Below, piece after piece: positions 51,373-60,831 of a stretch of 60,831 nucleotides of DNA. Under the pieces are notes generated by a model, which was not told where the DNA came from, did not search any database, and worked only from the letters and a program-made list of their open reading frames with translations. The translations under genes and the position numbers were made by a program. Position 1 is the stretch's first letter, and each line of letters begins with the position of its first letter. Source of the DNA: Vicugna vicugna (taxonomy: Eukaryota). The DNA lies in NCBI GenBank assembly GCA_013265495.1, contig MU058243.1, forward strand, positions 1 to 60,831, in the 5' to 3' direction.

Positions 51373-52302
51373 GTATCAGAAATGCTTCTGTTCCTCCATG
51401 TGAGTAGTCTACTTGGTTTAAAAGATCAGGTCTCAGCAGGGGAGAAGTGATTAGGAAAGGCAAGGAGGTGCTCAGACATCCAATTATTTGTTTAAAACGG
51501 CAAGGGATGGGGAAGTCAGTGACAGCCTGGAGATAAAGCTGGGAGAGGGCTGACTAGAACAAAAGGGACTTTAATCACAGATCTCTGCTTGAACTCGTTT
51601 GGGACTGATGGGGCTTCATTACCCAAGGGTTTTAGTTAGTTTTCACTTGAATTTATACTTCTACAGCTTTTCTCAACATTCAACCTTGTCAAACGTGTGT
51701 TGTGAATGATAACTGTTCTTTGCAGCCATCTAGTAACAGTGAGAGAACTACAAGTTCCCCGTAGAAGGACTCTTGTTTCTTTAAGGCCAGAATTCTGAAA
51801 AGACGTTTTATCAAGTGACTTTCTCTAGTGACTGCATATGCAATAAAGAAGCATCTGCCATTTTCAGGGTGAGACTTCCTTTAATTCACAATTAAGTACT
51901 TGTAGGTGTCAGTTTTGTACATACCTAAATCTGTCTGGTATGTTAGTTGGAGGCTGGCTTTCTGACACCCCTCATTTATTCAGACTCTCAGCTAATCACC
52001 CAGTCCAGACCATTCAGTGTCTCTCAGCTGAGTGACTCCTATGTCTTTCCACTGGGCTCCCCCAGTATTTTTCAGCTGGAAGGTATTTTCCAGTATTTTT
52101 CAGCTGGGGAGCCAGGTAACTACAATAAACTGCCAAATAAAATTGAGGATCATTAACCAACAATGGGAGATCCAAGAACCCGGAGAGACACTCAGATTTG
52201 TCTGGACTCTTCTGGGCAGCAGATGGGCAAGACTCTGGCTCCTCATACAGTTCGTGCGAAGGAGACATTTCTGCTCTAAGTCCCTTCGCTGGTTGCCAAA
52301 AA

Positions 52303-52762
52303 CATCAATCAAAAAGAATTGCACAACCTGAAAGTTGGGAATTATGTTTTATTTGGGGCATTACTGAGGATGTAAGCCTGGGACAACAGCCTCTCAGATG
52401 GCTCTGAGGGACTGGTCCAAACAGGTAAAGAAGAAGTCAGGATATATAGGAGTTTTTGAAAACAAAAACAAAACAAAAGAGAGCAGGTAATCAAACATCA
52501 AAAGATTACTGCTAAATAAAGAAAAACCAGCCATCTCAAGTTAATGAACGTAGTGCTTTTCTCTTTATGGCAAGATGGAAGGGTGTGGGTTTAATGAAAT
52601 TGTTCCTTTGATATGCACTGTAACTGTCTCGGGCCAGTATCCTGTTTTTCTCCATCCTGAATGCCCTCAGGGTGCACTGAATTGGATGGCTACAAGGACT
52701 GAACACTTGATGGGCAGAACATCCTTTGTTTACTAACTTGGCGGGCAACATTCTTGTTCACA
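52303..52762 (-). mobile_element. MER41-like ERV1 solo LTR
   Basis: atcaaaagattactgcta...tctcaagttaatga...ttcctttgatatgca...gggccagtatcctg resembles recalled MER41-related LTRs. TATA and AATAAA lie on the minus strand. Confidence 0.65.
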
Positions 52763-52851
52763 CTTGACAAGTGAATCATTGAAATAGTGACCTAATCCCC
52801 ACCTACTCAGACTCAGTCATGCTTTCTCCTGGGAATATAATGCAATCGACT

Positions 52852-53408
52852 TGTTGGGGTCCAGAGGTTCTTGTCTTGTCACAGAAAGACTTCAGAGACT
52901 AGATGCGGAGGTTAAGAAAACAAAGCAAGGATTTATTAAGGGGCAGGTTAGACCCAAAAACTCAAAGAACAAGTGGGCAGATCCAAGTGGGTGGCTGCCC
53001 CGAGTTTTCTCGGCAAGCTCGTTATATGAGTGTAAAAATGAATGAGCAGAATATTCATTGGTGGGGAGGGGTTTGGGGTCATATTTCCTGATCTTCATCC
53101 CACCTCCACCTTCCCAGGTAGGGAGGAGGGATTTTTCATCCTTATTCAGTCTTGATCGAGAAGTTAGATGAGATCATGATGAACAAAAGGTTGCATTAGG
53201 ATGGTGGGGATTCCTGTCCTGTCCCACCCTTCTGCCTCCAGGACACGTATCAACCCAGAATGTACGGTTTTTTTAATCAGTCCAGAGGATCCTTTTTTTC
53301 TTGGTCTGTCCAAGGACCCCCCCCCCTGTTCACAAGATGTATGGTTTTCTGTCACTTGCTCATGTCCCCCCTTCTTTGCTCATATCTAGCTACCTGCCTG
53401 CTCTGACA
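52852..53408 (-). mobile_element. ERV1 solo LTR, well preserved
   Basis: TGTT...GACA termini with a perfect 4-bp TSD gact (52848-52851, 53409-53412). AATAAA on the minus strand near 52933. Confidence 0.85.
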
Positions 53409-54632
53409 GACTGAGCATATGAGACCCCTCAGCATGGCTCATTCATTCATTCATTCATTCAACAGTTTTTAAATGTTTACTATGTGCCAAGTTCTGTGCT
53501 TGACCCTGAGAATCATTTAGCCTTTATAACTGGCATGATAAATATTCCAGGAGCATTGGCTTTACTCCATGATAAATAATTTAAAACTTTACTTTAGCAG
53601 ATGGAAAAATGTATTGTGGCATAGAATAGACAGTCTGGTTGAAGTTTTTAAGATAAAACAAGAGGCTTCACATAAATGTCTGAGCTGGACATGCACAGCT
53701 TAGGGCTATGCCCTCAGATTTCCCAGAGGATACATGTCCTCTGCTTGCAAGAAGCAATTTTGATCAAAAAGTGTGAGAATACCAATAATTGCTCTGCTTT
53801 CTCTCTCCTCAACCCAGACAACATAGAACTGTCAGAATGACCTTGCCACAGACTGGTTTTATAGTCACTCTGTGTTTAAATGAAGGGCTTTTCATCCCCA
53901 GGAGTTCTAGTTTTAGGGAGCCAAAAATAACACTCCCAAAAGCATTAGCTCTCAATTAAAAACTGGGTAGTGCCAACTAGCAATGTCTATGTACAGTAGG
54001 TTTTCTAAAAAATTCTTGTGCATGCTGATGATTTAGATAAAGTATTCCAACTAAAGCAGAAAAGAGAGGTGATTTGATGAAATGAAGAAATCCAGGAAGG
54101 CTCCATGGAGGAAGAGGGGCTTCAGTAAAATGTGAAGAAAAAGTTGGGAATTTAGCCATATGAGGGAATACATAGAGCGGCTGGGGCTGGAAGAAATCAA
54201 TAATGATTTGACTCTAGCCAGGTTTTGTTACCTCCAGGGCTTTGCTTATTCATGTGCCTTGGAATTCTTTCCCAGTGTGGACAAATACTTCAAGGCAAAA
54301 TTCAAATCTCCTCTCCCGGGGAAGTCCTTCTGGGTGCTTGCTATTAATTGCAGTATGAATTACTTTCCTCACATTCTTAGTATCCTGCATTATAAGTAAT
54401 AAACATGCAACAAATATTTGCAAAATTAGAGAGTAACTACTTCCTTTGGTGCTGTGATCTGTAGACGTAATTAATTTCAAAACCAGCTTCTAACAAACTT
54501 CTCTGCATCTTGTGATACAGCAACCTGCCTGGGGTGATGAGGCTGCTACGAAATGTCGGTCTCTCCTTTCTCCAAACTACTGTAGCACTCAGACCTACCA
54601 AAAACAAGAGTGTGTCTTGGCATCGTGTCTAA

Positions 54633-55320
54633 ATATAGTCAAGACATGGAAGCAACCTAAATGTCCATCCACAGATGACTGGATAAAGAAGCTGTGGTAT
54701 ATTTATGGAATGGAATACTACTCAGCCATAAAAATAATAAAATAATGCCATTTGCAGCAACATGGATGGACCTGGAGATCATCATTCTAAGTGAAATAAG
54801 CCAGAAAGAGAAAGAAAAATACCATATGATGTCACTCATATGTGAAATCTTAAAAAGGAAAAAGAAGACACTAATGAACTCATCCACAAAACAGAAACTA
54901 ACTTGCAGACATAATAAACAATCTCATGGTTACCAGGGGAAAGAGGGTGGGAGAGGATAAATTTGGGAATCTGAGATTTGCAAATGTTAAGTACTGCAAA
55001 TGAAAATAGATAAAAAACAAATTTCTTCTGTATAGCACAGGGACTATGTTCATTACCTTATAATAACCTTTAATGAAGAGGAATATGAAAATGAATATAT
55101 ATATATATGTATGACAGTGACTTATGCTGTACACCAGAGATGCAAATGAAAATAAAAAACAAATTTCTTCTGTATAGCACAGAGACTATGTTCATTACCT
55201 TATAATAACCTTTAATGAAAAGGAATATGAAAATGAATATATATATATGTATGACAGTGACTTATGCTGTACACCAGAGACTGGCACATTGTAACTGACT
55301 ATACTTTAATTTTTTTAAAG
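54633..55320 (+). mobile_element. L1 3' end with an internal tandem duplication of about 140 bp
   Basis: Peptide [20 protein letters not shown]. Repeat units at 54995-55140 and 55141-55280. Confidence 0.88.
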
Positions 55321-56669
55321 TTTAAATGAAGCTAATAAGCCATTCATTAAGATCTTTATCCTCTTATCTTTAAAACATACACCTTAATGTTGACCTGAAG
55401 GCCAAGTTTGAACACTTTACTCCTTGGAGTTCTTTGTAGGAGCATGGTCTTGCAGGGCATGGTCTTGCAGCCTGGCCCACTTTCCTTCCCGCCACTGCCT
55501 CTGCCCCTACCCAGAGACAGAGTCTCACACATGTGACACTCTGATCTCTGCATCTGAGTTCTTTCCACATCCAGTCCCCATAAGCAGCTGCCCCTTGGCC
55601 ACCCACAGGCACCACAAGCAGCATTGTCCACTCCTGGGGAGACTGACCCAAAGGAGGAGGCCCACACAGGCCCTGGAAGTAGGGAGTTCCAGGGTGACAA
55701 GGGTAGAGGGGTCACTGTGGACATGTCTTCCTGACCCCAAGAAGGGCATAGACTCCTTGCTTTATGGGGGTGGCCTGGTCATAGAAGGGCCTAACTGGGG
55801 CCCCTATAGCACAGGACACAAGAGAGTCACCCTCTTACCCACACGTAAGTTGGAGCTGGGAGCACTTATCTACTTTCTCTTTATTCAACTTTGCGTCATT
55901 TATTATATAGTATTATTCTGTTTCCTGAGTTTAGATCATGTTTCTCTACTCAACTGTAATTTCCCCCAGGGTAGGCCTGGCTCTTTTGTATTTGTACCTG
56001 GACCTGCAGTGTGACAGACAGAGGGATTGATGCACTGATTGACTTGTCATTGTCAGGCAGTTTGCCATGTGGCTTGGCATTATGGAAGTTTCCCAGGTGG
56101 CTTTGTGAAGATAATCCTTCCCTGACTCCTCCCGATGGATTCATTTATTCTCGTGCCCTTTTCCTTATTTTCTCATCTGGTCCCTGACTATGGCCTCCGT
56201 CCTCCCAGCTTTCCCCGTCTGGTTGTTTGTGCTAATCTGTCAGCTAACAGAGTTAAGTAATCATTACAACAACAACAGTGCTTGTGTGTCATTCTTTTCA
56301 ACATTCTTAAAGGTCATACTTTCACATTAGTTATTTCTGTATGTGTTTACAATTGTCCTGAGAGGTAGAGAATGCTACTGTGTGTGTGAGCCCTGCCTGG
56401 GAGTCTGAAACAACAAAACTCTTACACAAGCTCACAGGATTAGTGGATAGGAGAGGCAGAATTGAAGCTCTGGTCTTCTGCCTTCTAGAGTTTTCCTGCC
56501 TAAACCAAGTGATGACTCGAGAGAGCACATCAGCTTCCTGAATTTGAAATACTACCAAATGTAGCCATCACTGGCCCAATGGACCAGTGATGGTGCAAAT
56601 ATTAAAAGTCCAAGTGAACAGCTGTTTGAGCCTACCAATGATGATACATGATGAAGGGAAGAGATAATG

Positions 56670-56675
56670 GATGTA

Positions 56676-56706
<31 letters not shown>

Positions 56707-56712
56707 GTGTGT
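56670..56712. repeat. (TGTATG)n hexamer microsatellite
   Basis: Directly visible. Confidence 0.9.
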
Positions 56713-57065
56713 GGCACTGGGTTTTTATGCATGTGCTCTGTGTCCTTGCAAGATTAAACCTTCTTCCACATGGAGTGACCGTACACTGCATTTTTCTTCC
56801 TCAGCACATTAAAAAAAAAGACATTCAGTGTTCCAGCCATTTGAAATGTGCTTTATCCTCCTATAAATATTTATACCAACTTAATTCAAAAGTTCAAATC
56901 ACATTTTGATTTTGAATTTCAGTAAGAATTAGTTTTGTCCAAATCTTAATATCTTGAAATATAAGTAACAGACATGCAACTTTTGCAAGATGAAGAGTAA
57001 CTGCTTCCTCTGGTGCTGTGATCTGTGGGCAGATCAGCTTAATTACTTTAAAACCAAACTTTGTC

Positions 57066-57375
57066 AAAAATATAGAAAAGAAACTGGTGATTACCAAATG
57101 GGAGAAGAAAGGAGGGGAGGAACAAATTAAGGGTATGGGATTAACAGATACATACTACGATGTATAAAATAGATAAGCAACAAGGATATACTATACAACA
57201 CAAGGAACTCTAGCTATTATCTTATAATAACTTATAATAGAGTATAAAATACTCCAAAAATATTCAATCACTATGCTGTACACCTGAAGCTAATATAATG
57301 TTGTAAATCAACAATGCTTCAATAAGTAAGTAAACCATATATGTCAATTAAGTAAGTAAGTAAGTCAGTAAGTCA

Positions 57376-57420
<45 letters not shown>
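57066..57420 (+). mobile_element. L1 3' UTR fragment with a (TAAG)n(TAAA)n tail
   Basis: aactggtgattaccaaa...gctgtacacctgaa...tgtaaatcaac. Approximate TSD aaaccaa(a)ctt. Confidence 0.8.
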
Positions 57421-57421
<1 letters not shown>

Positions 57422-57500
57422 ACCAACTTCTGATAAACTGCTCTGCACCTTGTGATGCAATAACCTGTCTGAGGTGAAAAAACTGCATTAAAAATGTAGT

Positions 57501-58701
57501 AGTTTTCATATTCTTTGGATGTACACCCAGGAATGGGATTGCTGGATCATACAGTAATTCTATTTTTATTTTTTTGAGGAATCTTCATACTGTTTTCCAT
57601 AGTGGCTGCACCAATTTACATTCCCACCAACAGTGCACAAGGGTTTTTCTCCACATCTTCTTCAACAGTTGGAATTTCTTGCCTTTTGGCGATACCCATT
57701 CTAATGATTTGCATTTCGCTGATGATTAGTGATATTGAGCATCTTTCCATGTGCCTGTTGGCCATCTGTACATCTTATTTGGGAAAATGTCTATTCAAGT
57801 CCTCTGCCCATTTTTGAATCACTTTTTTAAAAAAATATTGATTTGTATGAGTTCTTTATATATTTTGGATATTAACCCCTTACTGGATATATGATTTTCA
57901 ACTATTGTCTCTCATTTGGTAGCTTTTCATTTCATTTTGTTGGTGGTTTGCTGTGCAGAAGTTTTTTAGTTTGATGTAGTCACTCTTGTTTATTTTTGCT
58001 TTTGCTTCTCTTGTCTAAGGAAATATAGACAAAAAATAATATTGCTAACATTGATGTCAAAGAGTAGCCTGCCTATGTTTTCTGCTGAGTTTTAAGGTTT
58101 CATTCTTACATGTAAGTCTTCTATTAATTTTGAGTTGATTTTTGTGTGTAGTGCAAGATAGTGGTCTAGTTTCTTTGAAAAGATACATACACACCCCACT
58201 ATATTCATCACAGCATTGTTTACAATAGCCAAGATATGGAAACAACCTAAGTGTCCATTGCCAGATAAGTGAATAAAGAAGACGTGGTATATACATATAC
58301 AAAGGAATACTACTCAGTCATAAAAAAGATGAAACCCTGCGATTTGAGACAACATGGATAAACCCTGAAGGTATTATGCTAAGTGAAATAAGTCAGACAG
58401 AGAAATACAGATGCCATATGATTTCACTCATATACAGAAAATAAATAAATAAATATATAAATAAACCAAATCAAACAAAAGCAAACCCATAGACAGAGAA
58501 TAGAGTAGTGTTTTTACCAGAAGGGAATGGGGAGGGATAGAGCAAAATGGGTAAAAGGATTCAATTATATGGTGATGAATGGAAACTTTTGGTGGTAAGC
58601 ATGCTGTAGTTTATACAGAAGTCAAAATAGAATACTGTACACATGAAACTTATATAATGTTGTAAACCAATAAAAATTAATTAATTAAAATTTTAAAAAG
58701 G
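57501..58701 (+). mobile_element. L1 with a 5' inversion (twin priming): antisense 57501 to about 58172, sense about 58173-58701
   Basis: The reverse complement of the left end continues almost seamlessly into the sense part. TSD aaatgt(a/g)gt at 57492-57500 and 58702-58710. Confidence 0.85.
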
Positions 58702-60169
58702 AAATGTGGTTTCTCCATTTTCAAAGATAACCCCAAAGGTCACCATGGGATCAGTCTTCCAAAAGATTGCTGTGATTGGGTTATCACCCTGAAGAATAAT
58801 CTCTCAGAGGATGGATAGAAGTGATTTCCTCCATAGTGACACAAAAATGTATGAGGTCTAGAAACAGCCTGGACTTCTGAAATGTAAATACATCTCATTT
58901 GAACACAGAGGGGGAGATGAGGGAAGCTTCCAGAGACAAAAATAAGTGTGGAACAAGTGAAAACAAGTAGGCAGAAAATCATAAAGTATTCTGGGCAGCA
59001 AGTTGTCCATGGTAACTAGAGATACTACTAATAACACTGTGTAAAGGTACAGTGAGAAATGAGGCAGGACAGACAGGGGACAACTCAGGACTGGCAGTGG
59101 AGGGCAGGAAGGACAGGGCAGATGGCAGCCCTGGCTCTATTGCCAAATTGAACATTTGACTTTAACCAGTAGAAAATAACCCAATTTAGGGAAAAGAACT
59201 CTTGCAAGAGTCGGGGAGGTAAATTGGAAGAGAAACTAGATACAGAAAGATATGCTAATGAGACATTAAAATACCCCCCTTCAACTGTGTTGGACAACAC
59301 TACAGCAGTGGCCATGTGTTGAGACAGAAAAGGACATATGTAAGAAAGGGAGTAAAAAGCTGTCACGTAGAAGAGGTGTGGAACTCACTTTGGGTTGCTC
59401 CAGAGAGCAAAATCAGGACCAGTGAATAGAAATGACAGGAAAGCATGTCATGGGGCATCCGTGTAAAGACAATTTGGGGAATAATTACTGCTGAGAAGCA
59501 ATGGTATAGGCTGCTTTGTGAAGTGTGAGCTCTCTGACATCGGTGGGACCTCAGGCACTGACAAGATTTTGATGCTTTAATACATTTGTCGGAGAGCTTG
59601 TGGGTGCATGATTCAATATCTATGTTTACTTTACATGAATTTTAGAATTATTTTGTCACATTTTCCCCTTTATAATTCTGACAGTCTTCAGGATTAGTTA
59701 CAAGTAAAAAAGAAGGAGGGTAGTGGAAGAAATACCAAAAAAGACAAAAAGAACTCTCATTTACTAAGAATGTATAGGAGATAAGTCATGGCACTAAACA
59801 TTTTGCACACATCGTGATTATCCGAAAAGGAACAAATGAAGCCAAGAATATTCATAGTTTGAAAACCACTTCGAGTTACTATTTGCTTTTCTGATACCCA
59901 AAAAAGATCCTTAGTCCCCCTGAATACATCCCAGACAGGGCTCTGGTTGCATCTCTGTGCTACCTTCATGATGTTGGAAGTCGACATAGATGGTAGATTG
60001 GGGCATATTGGAGTGGAACATCGAAAAGCAAGCCAAAATGCCCTTGGACATTTTGCCTAGAAGAAGAGGGTCTCCATAGGAAAGAGAAATAATAACATGG
60101 AGGCAAAGGGAAGGTAATAGAATTGAAATTCTTATTATTTTAAATGATATTAAACTTTTGTCAAGCTCT

Positions 60170-60330
60170 TATAAGAGCCATGTACTATGTTAAGCACTTT
60201 AAATGAATAATCTCATTTGTTTCTCATGATCTCCTGTGAGGAGGGCTATAACATAATCCTCATTTTACAGATATATAAACTGAGGTTCCGAGAGCTTAGA
60301 AAATCTCTCAAGGTCATGCAACTTGCAAAT
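60170..60330 (-). mobile_element. MIR relic
   Basis: aatcctcattttacagat...aaactgaggttccgagag...caaggtcatgca. Confidence 0.75.
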
Positions 60331-60831
60331 GCATGCAAAATCCATTACTCCCAATTCAAATGAGATAACAACTGAAAAGTCAAATGGAATGTGGACAGGG
60401 ACACTGCATTCCTAATTCACTTATCAAGTATTGCATTCATGATCATCACAACTGACATCTCTGAGCCAGTGTTGTTCCCTCTGTGCTGTGGGTATAGAGG
60501 CCTTACGTGGGTGATCTAGGGGAACATTTCTCACCCCCAATCTGGAATGATGTCCTGCTCTAATAACAGCAGTCACACCAGTAGAGAAGTGGTTCATTTG
60601 ATATCAAGAGTCTCAGGTTAAAATGCAGGTTCTCCAGAAGGTGTAGTGCAATAAATGTGGATGAGCATTCCAATCTGAGTTAATTGATTTGAGTTTGACT
60701 GTCAGAGGAAAGAGAGATGACCACAGATCTAAGACTGAGAAAAAATGGGGAGATTGAAGGAGAAGGAGAAGAGGACAAAACCATCAATGGGTTACATTCC
60801 TGGAAGGCTCTCCTGAACCCTCGTGCCTGGG

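Noticed and set aside
55424..56014. Longest ORF in the track (196 aa)
   Set aside because: It has a non-ATG start, no recognisable domain and runs into repeat-like sequence. An ORF of this length is compatible with chance in a GC-richer patch.
1..60831. CRISPR array, operon or other novel multi-gene system, or further TACR1 exons
   Set aside because: There is no regularly spaced repeat-spacer array and no prokaryote-like gene density. I did not find peptides for other NK1R exons, which is consistent with the long introns 1 and 2.

Overview
This is mammalian genomic DNA, very probably from a camelid, because it carries five copies of a tRNA-Ala-derived SINE that resembles the camelid vic-1 family. 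The window lies inside the tachykinin NK1 (substance P) receptor gene TACR1 on the + strand. It holds only coding exon 2 (34585-34779, 195 nt, from the DRY arginine to ECL2), flanked by intron 1 and intron 2 sequence. The rest is intronic and rich in transposons: nested and twin-primed L1s, about five ERV solo LTRs, MER58A and BLACKJACK-like hAT fossils, MIR/L2/MaLR relics and a U6 snRNA retropseudogene. There is also a 93-N assembly gap. I found no evidence of a new multi-gene system. The most notable observations are a SINE plus antisense L1MC-type cassette inside one target-site duplication (TSD), an old local duplication of apparently non-repeat DNA, a divergent ECL2 motif in NK1R, and a sense-strand LTR whose poly(A) region is interrupted by an L1. 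Repeat family names come from recalled consensus sequences, not from a database search.
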